Notes under the pieces: generated by a model
Database searches by the model: none
The model's input: the letters and a program-made list of their open reading frames with translations, nothing else
Told to the model about the DNA's origin: nothing
Shown: in pieces, positions 18,152 through 27,164 of the stretch
Numbering within the stretch: the first letter of the stretch is position 1
Layout of the letters: every line of letters begins with the position of its first letter
Assembly (NCBI GenBank): GCA_910583745.1
Contig: CAJTZC010000008.1
Coordinates: 5,785-69,784 of the forward strand
DNA from: an uncultured Bacilli bacterium
Lineage (GTDB): Bacteria; Bacillota_I; Bacilli_A; RF39; UBA660
DNA length: 64,000 nucleotides
Direction: 5' to 3'
Made by a program: the position numbers and the translations under genes

Positions 18152-18463
18152 ATGACTTGGGAATACCTGATTATTGCAGTCGTACTTTTAATCGTCGCTT
18201 TGGTGGCTATGAAAGTTACGGGAAAAAACTTCGATGAAGACATGAATAAACTCATAAAGTATTTGGGTGGAAAAGACAACATCGTAGACTGCGAAATGAG
18301 TATGTCGAGATTTAAGGTGACTTTAAAAGATGTCAGTCTCGCCGACAAAGAAGGCATACAAAAACTCGGAGCAAAGGGCATCGTCGAAATCGACAACCAG
18401 CTGAAAATCGTCTTCGACAAAAATGCTCGGACATTAAAAAAATATATCAAAGATATGCGTTGA
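18152..18463 (+). CDS. Membrane-anchored PTS EIIB(Glc)-like domain protein lacking the phospho-accepting Cys
   Basis: RBS AGGTGA. One N-terminal TM helix. YLGGKDNIVDCEMSMSRFKVTLKD aligns with LGGKENI.....C.TRLR..V.D, with Ser at the catalytic Cys position. Confidence 0.6.
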   Translation: MTWEYLIIAVVLLIVALVAMKVTGKNFDEDMNKLIKYLGGKDNIVDCEMSMSRFKVTLKDVSLADKEGIQKLGAKGIVEIDNQLKIVFDKNARTLKKYIKDMR

Positions 18464-18480
18464 TATATTTTTTTTGGTCT

Positions 18481-19779
18481 TTATACAGGTCTTATTACAT
18501 ATGGCTTCGTCGAATCGAGTAAACGGAACAATTCTTCCAAAGCTTTCATGCTTTCTTCTGTGACTTCACCAGAATGGGAAATTGCTTGCAAATAAGCTCT
18601 CGCTAACTTCGTCTTGCCTTCTCGTATAGCGGTCTTCATATTCTCTACGTAAGACGGCATGTCTAAAGAGAAACGTCCATGCTCCAAATCGGCACAAACT
18701 TGGATAAACGCATAGAAAGAAAGGTCTCCTTCGAACATGCAGATATCGATGAGGTCTCTTATGAAACTTTCCCGTTCGAGTGCACCGATTCCCTCTAAAA
18801 ATAGGTGCAACTTCGCCAAAGCATTTTCCCTATGCCCACTCTTCAACATGTTATATACAGAGGCAAGAGTATCCGATACAGCTAAAACTATCTTTTGTCC
18901 GTATACCTCGCCCACTTTGGCCTTCCACTCGATTACCAGACCTCTACTTTTGATGGTATGGACGATTCTCTCGAGAAGGCGGTGTTGTAATTCAATACAA
19001 GTAGACTTCCTCCGTTTTTCGTTGCTTAAAAATATTTCGATTTCATAAAGAGCATCTTCAAAAGCATGTAATCTCACTAAGTCTCTGTAAAACTTTAACC
19101 CAGGAACTTGGTTAATGGGCAGAGCTTTTCCTCTCTCAAGACGGAAGCAATTTTCGACCAAATATAATGTTAAGTGTTCTGCTTCCCCAATTATATATTG
19201 ACGATCCAAGACATGAAAGAAATTGATGATTCCTAACAAATCTCCTCTCTCCAAAAGTCCTAGCATTATCTGTTCGTTTTGCGATGAACACTTATACGCC
19301 TCGACACAAAGCTGTTTTAAAAGTCTTATTTCGATAGTGGTTCTTGTCGCTAATTTTAAAGCTGCATATCCGAGCATGAACTCATTATTGCCTAAAACAA
19401 AAGGAACAGTTAAACCATCTTTCTCTGGTACTCCAGGAAAACTAGAGTTGAGGCAGTTTACGGTCAAAGACTTTGCCATTATCGATAAATCTTCGGGTAA
19501 GTCAATGATATGACTGAGAAGAAAGAGATAGCCATTGTATTCTTTTCTTCTCGTGGTCGTCACCGCATACATCTTTCTAAAATAGATAAGAGAGTTCTCA
19601 AACTGCTCTGATACTATACATACTAAGAACCGACCGAAGTTACCCAGCTCACCATCGGGGTCGAGGGCAAGACAATCTAAAAAGCAGCGATTGGCCAGAT
19701 AAAGCTCTTTGTTTTCGTAATAAGCGATACCTTCTAGGTATTTTTTTTCACATTCATTTTTTATTGTATTTACTGTCAT
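18481..19779 (-). CDS. Hypothetical all-helical protein made of one copy of the ~280-aa module repeated in the upstream gene
   Basis: 432 aa. Carries the TPR-like hairpin, YNGYLFLLSHIIDLPEDL, LERGKALPI and related motifs shared with the four modules of 19783..23604. Starts 3 nt after the upstream stop. Confidence 0.85.
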   Translation of the reverse strand: MTVNTIKNECEKKYLEGIAYYENKELYLANRCFLDCLALDPDGELGNFGRFLVCIVSEQFENSLIYFRKMYAVTTTRRKEYNGYLFLLSHIIDLPEDLSIMAKSLTVNCLNSSFPGVPEKDGLTVPFVLGNNEFMLGYAALKLATRTTIEIRLLKQLCVEAYKCSSQNEQIMLGLLERGDLLGIINFFHVLDRQYIIGEAEHLTLYLVENCFRLERGKALPINQVPGLKFYRDLVRLHAFEDALYEIEIFLSNEKRRKSTCIELQHRLLERIVHTIKSRGLVIEWKAKVGEVYGQKIVLAVSDTLASVYNMLKSGHRENALAKLHLFLEGIGALERESFIRDLIDICMFEGDLSFYAFIQVCADLEHGRFSLDMPSYVENMKTAIREGKTKLARAYLQAISHSGEVTEESMKALEELFRLLDSTKPYVIRPV

Positions 19780-19782
19780 ATG

Positions 19783-22700
19783 TTATTCCCCATCCTTTAT
19801 CGGTTTCATCAGATTTTGATACTCTTTTTTTGAAGAAGAGACGACGTGTCTATAATATTTTCCGATGAGACTTGTGCTTGTACTTATCTCTTCTACTTCT
19901 AACAGGCACTCTTTTGCAGCCTCTTCCTCTCCCTTGGCATAGTATCTTTCTGCAAGAGTGATATAGATTAAATACCTCTCCGTGACGGAGGCACCATATA
20001 TCTTTAAAGCTCCTTCCACGTTTACTCCACTTTGAATAGTAGATAAAATGTCAGGAACAAAACCGGAACCGACCATATCCTCTAAAGTAATCTTTTCTTC
20101 CTGTGTCAGCGACTCATTAGAAATTCCCTTCTTTTTTTCGGTGATGTATGCGATGATATCGTCCAACAAAAGGGACAACAGTTCTGAACCCGAATTGTTC
20201 GTAAGCTGATAATTTCTGTTAAACTTTCTGGCTTTTCTATAATCTTTATTCATGATGGCATAAAAAGTATTTAATGCGTTGCCGCCAGTTTTTCTAGGGA
20301 TTTCTCCGGTTTCATGGATAGAGAGAATATCTTCAACTAGTGATAAAAAAGACTTTTCTAATACGTTTAATGGCCATATTTTAGCAAAACTTTTTAATGT
20401 AGAAGCAGCTGTTTGGTACTCTTTCTTCTGTATTGCAACTTTCAATTCTGTAGAAAATCTGTCGTATACTGTTTGACAAGTTGCACATAACGTATTGATG
20501 AGGTTGAGCTTAGAACTGCTTCCCTCTTTCTCTTTTAAATCCTTCAATATTCCTATACTGTGTATAAAATTTTTCTTTAACGCGGCTGTGTATACTTTTC
20601 CATAGTAGAGACTACTCATGCTGGTTGGATCGAGAGGGATTTTATCGAACCACAAATCGTCTATTTTCTTTTTCATATCTTCCGGCACTTCTGTGATGAA
20701 ATTTAGAAGATAAATATACATCAAGTTGTCAAAATGCTCTTCTTGCGTTTCCTGTTGCATCAACACTCTCAAATATTCGAAAGCTCTACTGTAATTCTTT
20801 AAATCACAATTCTGGGCGAACAGTTCAAAATTGGCTCCTTTGTGTAGAGGGTTCCATTCTAGACATTGGCGAAACATCTCGAACGCCTTGTAGAACTCTC
20901 CAATTTTATATAACTGTTTTCCCTTGGTGTATAATTCGTCCGCATCACTAGTTTTAAAGGCGACTTCTTCGGACGTCGTTTCTCGAACGGATGGTCCAAA
21001 ATTTATCCTCTTGATAGTATCCAAAGCCACATTTATCAGTGTAGTCAATAGATTGTCTGTTCTCAAGTAATTTTTTTGAAAGTCGTTGTTTATTTTTTCC
21101 ACTGCAGAATAATCGCGAAGTTTGACGGCTTCAAAAATCGTCTTAGGAGAACCATCTGTCGCTTCGACGACTTGTCCTGTCTCTTGCATCGTGACAATAT
21201 CTCTTGCCACATAGAGACAAGCTTCCATTGGACGAGTGAGCCCTTGTCTATCTCTTAACGAAGAGACCAAAGTGATAAACTCGGTGAATTTTCCTTCGTC
21301 GACCAACTTTTTCATCTCTGCCTTGGTGGCAGCTTGTATTCGACCTGCTTCGCTCGCTAGGATTAAAATGGAGTTTTCTACTTCTAGAAGACGTCTCGTT
21401 TTCCTTGTGCTATCTAGAAGTTGGTTCCCATAAAAGAATTTCTTATTTACCAGTGCTGTAACGATGTCATACCAAAGACAGGCCACACTCTCCTTCCCAC
21501 GACTTAGAGGGCTCATGTCTTTGAACTCTAAAGTTTTTGCTTTTCTATTCAGTTCATCGGGCAGTATCGTGATGTGATGTAATAAGAACAGATATGTATT
21601 GTATTCATATTCTTCATGTTTATTGGCAAAATAGTTCCATCTGCTGAAGACTTTCGCCGCCGAATCGAAATCTCTATTCATGATATAGTAGGTAAACATT
21701 CTCTTCACGAGAGGCTGGAACGTCGGATTGATTTCTTCCGCTCTTACATAGTAGGAATACGCCTCTTGATATAATCCTTCTTTCCATAGAGCTTCTCCAC
21801 TTTCGAACAATTGTTTTGATTGCTGGCCTATCGTATACTCTCGTCGTGCAATGTCCACTTTTTTAAGAAGACTGATAATGATCGTCCATACATTGCTCTG
21901 TGCGTATACTTCGAGATTGTAACTTTGCAAAGCTCTTTCGTAATCTCTGTCTTTTAGTGCATTCTCGAAAGTAGGACCACTGTTTATAGAGATAGGAAGG
22001 GCCTTTCCTTCTTTGATGAGCAAGATATCGCTTGCAATTTGTAGCATATAGGCTTCGTACTTGTCTAATCTGCGTTTTTGGTCGAGTTCGCTTAAGAAAT
22101 CGACGATGGCCTCGTAGTCTTCTTCTTGAAGAAGGATATATACTTTTCTCTTATCTTTGCCCATTTTCCTGTACACAGCTTTAAATAATGCTAAACGAAC
22201 GATTCGTCTAATGCTTAAAACTTCTTCTGGCGTATCACTCAAGACATTTTTTGCATCTTGAAAGTTTTTGTTTTTACAGAGTCTCGAAATACTCTCTTCT
22301 TCTCCATATTCATAGTTCATCGCGATTTCTTGGTATTGGCTCGGCAAGACGATGAGGTAGTTTAAGAGATGTAAATATTCGGAATATTCTTCTTGCATCG
22401 CTGGAGTAGCATTTTCGTATGCCCTTCTAAAATAGAGAAAAGCTTCGTTAAAACGTTCGTTATTGATCCATTTGCTGAAAATCGCCAAATTGGCTTTGGA
22501 ATGGTTTGGATTGATTTTTAGGCAATTTTGGTAATGTTCATAGGCATCGTAAAGGCTTCTATTCGCAAGGTATTGTTCCCCTTGTAAGAATTCTTTTTCG
22601 TCAGGGGGAACAGTCTCTATATCGTTCAAAGCCATCTTTGTCGACAACTTCATAAAGAGGCTTTCCGATAAGGTGAGTTTCCTCTTCGGATTGGCGTATC

Positions 22701-23604
22701 TCTCCTCCAACATCCATTCGCGTGCTCTATCGTAATCTTTTTGTAGGACAGCCTCGAGAAAACTTTCGCTATTGGTGTCTTTATGCATCTCTATCTTGCC
22801 TGTTGCCGAGAATTGTACCATCTCTTTCGCGAGAGACTTCAGCGCTCTCTCTTCAGTTTCGCATGTCCTGCGATGGTCTATCTCTTCCATAACGACGACG
22901 AGCTTCTCGAACTGCTCGTCTCGAATAAGCTCGGAGATGAGCTCTTTTTCCTCGAAAGAAACTTTTACAACTTCTTTTAGCAACGTTAAAAGTAAAATAT
23001 CGTACTCGTTAAAAGCTCTTTCTTTAGAGATGTCGTAGAGACTTTTTTTCGCATTCGAAAAGTTTCGACTCAAAATATCCCGTCTCACTTGCAAATCGAC
23101 ATTTCCTTCCGCCTCGGCTTCGGAAATATCGCCTAAAAAATCGTCAGCAACCGTTTTCGCTATAGCTACGAACTCTTCCGGTAACTGGGTGAGATACAAT
23201 AAAAGAAACAGAAGAATGTGATAGTCTCTTCTTTTCTCTGTGTCGCCGATGGTTATCATTTTTTTGAGGTAATCGCTCGACTCTTCGTAGTTTCCGCTTG
23301 CCACACATTCTTTAAAAAGGCGAAAAGAGGCCTCGACAGAGCCCAATCTGTGTGCCCTCACGAGACACTTTTTGCCAAAGGCGGTTTCTCCCTTTACTAT
23401 AAGTTCGGATGCGAAATCATAAAACCCATTGACATCGGCTAGGATAAAATTTGGACTGATGAGATTTTCTTTTTTCAGATACCCCAATCTTGCCAAATTC
23501 GTTACTTCGATATAGTTCAACTTTCCTTTTATATTTTTCTTGGTGATGACTCCGTGCTCCCCGATAATGCGGTAAGCACGTTCTAAAATTTCACTCGTGT
23601 TCAT
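19783..23604 (-). CDS. Hypothetical 1273-aa helical repeat protein (four ~280-aa modules with TPR-like elements)
   Basis: Uninterrupted 1273-codon ORF. Internal four-fold repetition is seen in the translation (details in findings). No TM segment, signal peptide or catalytic motif seen. Confidence 0.85.
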   Translation of the reverse strand: MNTSEILERAYRIIGEHGVITKKNIKGKLNYIEVTNLARLGYLKKENLISPNFILADVNGFYDFASELIVKGETAFGKKCLVRAHRLGSVEASFRLFKECVASGNYEESSDYLKKMITIGDTEKRRDYHILLFLLLYLTQLPEEFVAIAKTVADDFLGDISEAEAEGNVDLQVRRDILSRNFSNAKKSLYDISKERAFNEYDILLLTLLKEVVKVSFEEKELISELIRDEQFEKLVVVMEEIDHRRTCETEERALKSLAKEMVQFSATGKIEMHKDTNSESFLEAVLQKDYDRAREWMLEERYANPKRKLTLSESLFMKLSTKMALNDIETVPPDEKEFLQGEQYLANRSLYDAYEHYQNCLKINPNHSKANLAIFSKWINNERFNEAFLYFRRAYENATPAMQEEYSEYLHLLNYLIVLPSQYQEIAMNYEYGEEESISRLCKNKNFQDAKNVLSDTPEEVLSIRRIVRLALFKAVYRKMGKDKRKVYILLQEEDYEAIVDFLSELDQKRRLDKYEAYMLQIASDILLIKEGKALPISINSGPTFENALKDRDYERALQSYNLEVYAQSNVWTIIISLLKKVDIARREYTIGQQSKQLFESGEALWKEGLYQEAYSYYVRAEEINPTFQPLVKRMFTYYIMNRDFDSAAKVFSRWNYFANKHEEYEYNTYLFLLHHITILPDELNRKAKTLEFKDMSPLSRGKESVACLWYDIVTALVNKKFFYGNQLLDSTRKTRRLLEVENSILILASEAGRIQAATKAEMKKLVDEGKFTEFITLVSSLRDRQGLTRPMEACLYVARDIVTMQETGQVVEATDGSPKTIFEAVKLRDYSAVEKINNDFQKNYLRTDNLLTTLINVALDTIKRINFGPSVRETTSEEVAFKTSDADELYTKGKQLYKIGEFYKAFEMFRQCLEWNPLHKGANFELFAQNCDLKNYSRAFEYLRVLMQQETQEEHFDNLMYIYLLNFITEVPEDMKKKIDDLWFDKIPLDPTSMSSLYYGKVYTAALKKNFIHSIGILKDLKEKEGSSSKLNLINTLCATCQTVYDRFSTELKVAIQKKEYQTAASTLKSFAKIWPLNVLEKSFLSLVEDILSIHETGEIPRKTGGNALNTFYAIMNKDYRKARKFNRNYQLTNNSGSELLSLLLDDIIAYITEKKKGISNESLTQEEKITLEDMVGSGFVPDILSTIQSGVNVEGALKIYGASVTERYLIYITLAERYYAKGEEEAAKECLLEVEEISTSTSLIGKYYRHVVSSSKKEYQNLMKPIKDGE

Positions 23605-23625
23605 AAAACCTCCTGTATATCATCT

Positions 23626-26145
23626 TTATTTAAGCTTTTCTAGCTCTTCTTCTTCCTCTTTGAGTTTTGCTCTCTCTGCCTCGACAATCGATTGAGGCGC
23701 TTTGCTCGTGTAGCCTTCGTTCGACAACAATTTGCGTCTTCTCTCGATAGAACTCTCCAACTCGGCGATGCGTTTTTTCAACGTCTCCGCTTCGTTCGAT
23801 TCATCCTTATCGTAGTAAACTTTTATGCTGTAGTTTTTGAAAATGACGTCGTACGAAGCATTATATTCGTGCGTATAGACTTCATTTCCACCTAGACGTA
23901 ACATGTTTTGTATGATGCGATAGTCTGCCTCTTTCATATATTCGACTCTGAAATCTTTTCCGACCTTATTTTCGAGTTTGTACGTCCTAAACAGTTTGAT
24001 AAACTCGATGATGTCGTCCACTTCTGCCGTCTCAAAATCATACTTCTCCTCGTATTCTGGATAACGGGAAATCATAATCGATTCGGCATCTTTAAACGGC
24101 AACATGCTGTAAATTTCTTCGCTGACATAAGGCATAAATGGACTGATGAGTTTCAAAATAGAACTCAAAACTTTATAGAGAGTCGACTTTGTAGAGGTTT
24201 CACTCGCACTGAACTTCGACATCTCGATGTAGTTGTCACAGAAAGCTTCCCAGATGAAACTGTATATCACTGCTCCTGCATTATTAAATTCGTACTTATC
24301 CAAGTAGCGTCTCGCGTCTTTGATGGTCTTGTTCAGTTTAGAAAGTACCCATTCGTCTTCCTGTTTTAAATTTTCTAGACTGTACGCGTCTTCTTTCAAG
24401 TCCTCGATGTTCATGAGGACGAAGCGAGAGGCGTTCCAAAGTTTATTGATGAAGTTCCAAGTGCTCGCGAGTTTATCCTCGTCGTACTTTAAGTCCATAC
24501 CTCCACTTACTTCTGTAACGAGATAGTAGCGCAAGGCATCGGCGCCATATTTTTCGATGACGTCCATCGGGTCGACTCCATTGCCGAGACTCTTGCTCAT
24601 CTTTCTTCCCTGTTTATCCCTTATCAATCCGTGTATAACACAGTCTTTAAACGGTCTTTGCCCTGTGAAGTGCAACCCTTGGAAAGTCATTCGGTTGACC
24701 CAAAAAGGAATGATATCGTAACCTGTGACGAGACAATCGTTCGGATAGTATCTCTTCAACAGTTCGTCGTCCATAGGCCAATTCAGCGTTGAGAATGGCC
24801 AAAGTGCACTCGAGAACCACGTATCCAAGACATCGGCGTCTTGTTCCCAACCTTCGCCTTCTGGGGCTTCCATACCGACGTAGACCTCTTCTCCTTTATA
24901 CCAAGCAGGAATCCTGTGTCCCCACCACAGCTGACGAGAAATGCACCAGTCATAAGTGATTTCCATCCAATGGTTCATGATTTTTTCGAATCGAGAAGGT
25001 ACGAAATTGACCTTCGTATCGCTGTTCTTCTGGTTTTCCAAAACGGCATCGGCGAGAGGTCTCATCTTTACAAACCACTGTTTAGATAAGTATGGCTCAA
25101 TCATGACGTCCGTTCTCTCTGAATGTCCTACGTTGTGTGTTATCTCATCGATGTTTAAAAGCAACTCTTCTTTTTTAAGTTGTTCTACCACTTTTTCGCG
25201 ACAAGAGAATCTGTCCATTCCGGCATATTCTCCACACAATTCGTTCATCGTCGCATCGGGGTTCATGACGACGACACGCTCTAAATCGTGGCGCATGCCG
25301 ACTTCGAAATCGTTCGGATCGTGTGCAGGGGTTATCTTGACGATTCCCGTTCCAAACTCCATATCGGCGTGTTCGTCTCCTATGATAGGAATTTTTTTGC
25401 CGACGATAGGCAGAATGACTTTTTTCCCTATCAGATGCTTATATCTCTCGTCTTCTGGATTGACTGCGACAGCCGTATCTCCGAATAACGTCTCCGGTCT
25501 CGTCGTTGCCACTTCTAAAAATTCCTCGCTGTCTTCGATATAATACTTGATGTGATAGAAAGCTCCCGTGACTTCTTTATAGATGACCTCTTCATTAGAA
25601 AGAGCTGTCTTTGCCTCAGGGTCCCAGTTTATAATTCTCTCTCCTCGATAGATGAGCCCTTCGTTATATAACTTTACAAACACTTCTCTAACGGCTTTGG
25701 AGAGTCCTTCGTCCAACGTAAAACGCTCTTTTGTATAATCTAGCGACAACCCGAGTGTTGCCCATTGATTGTGGATATTCTCTGCATACTCGTCCTTCCA
25801 AGCCCAAGCACATTCTAGCCACTCTTCACGACGCATTCCCCTCGGGTCGCGGCCTTCATCTTTCAATTTTCTATCGACTTTTGCCTGAGTCGCGATTCCT
25901 GCATGGTCCATCCCTGGCAACCAAAGCGCATCAAAGCCACACATCCTTTTATAGCGGATAATGACATCTTGAATCGAAGTATCCCAAGCATGCCCGAGAT
26001 GCAATTTTCCTGTGACGTTTGGAGGTGGAATGACGATAGTAAACGGTTTTTTACTCAAATCTCCCGCACAGAAGTATCCTTTCTCCTTCCAAGTTTTGTA
26101 TTTGTTTTCTTCTACCTTTTTGTGATCATATTTTGTCTCTAACAT
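23626..26145 (-). CDS. valS: Valine--tRNA ligase
   Basis: HIGH motif PPPNVTGKLHLGHA, KMSKS motif RKMSKSLGN, C-terminal coiled coil. 839 aa. Confidence 0.97.
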   Translation of the reverse strand: MLETKYDHKKVEENKYKTWKEKGYFCAGDLSKKPFTIVIPPPNVTGKLHLGHAWDTSIQDVIIRYKRMCGFDALWLPGMDHAGIATQAKVDRKLKDEGRDPRGMRREEWLECAWAWKDEYAENIHNQWATLGLSLDYTKERFTLDEGLSKAVREVFVKLYNEGLIYRGERIINWDPEAKTALSNEEVIYKEVTGAFYHIKYYIEDSEEFLEVATTRPETLFGDTAVAVNPEDERYKHLIGKKVILPIVGKKIPIIGDEHADMEFGTGIVKITPAHDPNDFEVGMRHDLERVVVMNPDATMNELCGEYAGMDRFSCREKVVEQLKKEELLLNIDEITHNVGHSERTDVMIEPYLSKQWFVKMRPLADAVLENQKNSDTKVNFVPSRFEKIMNHWMEITYDWCISRQLWWGHRIPAWYKGEEVYVGMEAPEGEGWEQDADVLDTWFSSALWPFSTLNWPMDDELLKRYYPNDCLVTGYDIIPFWVNRMTFQGLHFTGQRPFKDCVIHGLIRDKQGRKMSKSLGNGVDPMDVIEKYGADALRYYLVTEVSGGMDLKYDEDKLASTWNFINKLWNASRFVLMNIEDLKEDAYSLENLKQEDEWVLSKLNKTIKDARRYLDKYEFNNAGAVIYSFIWEAFCDNYIEMSKFSASETSTKSTLYKVLSSILKLISPFMPYVSEEIYSMLPFKDAESIMISRYPEYEEKYDFETAEVDDIIEFIKLFRTYKLENKVGKDFRVEYMKEADYRIIQNMLRLGGNEVYTHEYNASYDVIFKNYSIKVYYDKDESNEAETLKKRIAELESSIERRRKLLSNEGYTSKAPQSIVEAERAKLKEEEEELEKLK

Positions 26146-26864
26146 TGTTTCTCAATCCTTTCATTTAAGTATTTTATTGCATGTTCGTAAATATTTTTGA
26201 ATGTATCTTTGTATTCCACTCGTTCATAGAGCACTTTCAATCTCTCTTTTGCAACTTCGAGTGATATCGTGTAGTTCAAGTCGAAGACGAAGGCAAAGTC
26301 TGCCGCGATTTTTTCGTTATTCGTCGTCGCAAACTTTCTATCGACGCATCGACAATTCATGATATCTTCCATGACGCGTTCACAGATGTCACTGTCGTCC
26401 CCTTTTAGATTGAATCGACCCAAAGTTCCAAAATTATAGAGAATATCCAATTTATCTACGTCGCGTATGAGCTTTGCCATTTTCATAGACAATGCATCTT
26501 CGTTCTTTTCTATCTTTAACTTGTTGTGCTGCCGTATGGCGAATTCGATAGCAGGATAGTGTTCTCTTTTTATGCCAAACTTCTCGATGAGTTCCTCTTT
26601 AAACAGTAAATCCGCGCCGTGTTCAGCATGGTCGAAGCTCTTATAATCATTAAACGTCTTCGCCTGCTCTGCTTGGTCGAATCTTCCCGTATCGTGTAAC
26701 AATCCAATCTCTGTCGCCAACTGCACTTCGTCGTCACTGAAGCCGAGCTCGACTGCTGCGTCGTGCATATTGGTTTTCACTCGCATCGTATGAGCTATTT
26801 TAGAACGAACATTTTCGTTTGTTTTATCGTACTCATCTGTAAACCTTAAGAATTTTTCTTCCAT
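26139..26864 (-). CDS. HD-domain phosphohydrolase
   Basis: H...LLHDTGRF plus downstream His/Asp residues typical of the HD superfamily. Overlaps the valS start by 7 nt and lies directly behind the T-box leader. Confidence 0.7.
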   Translation of the reverse strand: MEEKFLRFTDEYDKTNENVRSKIAHTMRVKTNMHDAAVELGFSDDEVQLATEIGLLHDTGRFDQAEQAKTFNDYKSFDHAEHGADLLFKEELIEKFGIKREHYPAIEFAIRQHNKLKIEKNEDALSMKMAKLIRDVDKLDILYNFGTLGRFNLKGDDSDICERVMEDIMNCRCVDRKFATTNNEKIAADFAFVFDLNYTISLEVAKERLKVLYERVEYKDTFKNIYEHAIKYLNERIEKQC

Positions 26865-26885
26865 TTTGTATCCTCTTTCCTAAAC

Positions 26886-27091
26886 AAAAAAAGCTATAAC
26901 GCAGAGGGCGAATATCATTCGCTGTACCACCTCTACTTTATAACTTAGCAGTTAATCTCCTTGATGCTTAACGCGCATTCACGATTTTTCTCAACTCTCA
27001 ACCTTCAAAAACGTATCACACTGGCTTACACCAACCACCAGTTCTCTTTGCTGATGTCATTTTTTACTCCTAGAGTCTCACCGAAAACTTG
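26886..27091 (-). promoter_or_regulatory. T-box riboswitch leader (probably Val-specific) controlling the HD-valS operon
   Basis: Minus-strand RNA contains AGAGA, a distal-loop-like GGUGUAA, a specifier region GAAGGUUGA (GUU followed by a purine), the T-box AGAGGUGGUACAGCG (26920-26934) and a U7 run. UGGU would pair with an ACCA tRNA end, which fits a Val discriminator A73. Confidence 0.75.
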
Positions 27092-27097
27092 ATACTG

Positions 27098-27126
27098 ATT
27101 ATACTATATTTAATAAGATTTATCAA
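27098..27126 (-). promoter_or_regulatory. Sigma-A promoter for the T-box/HD/valS transcript
   Basis: Minus strand: TTGATA-17 nt-TATAAT. Confidence 0.6.
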
Positions 27127-27164
27127 GCCATTTTCGTCGAATGATTGATGGCAGTTTTTAATTC

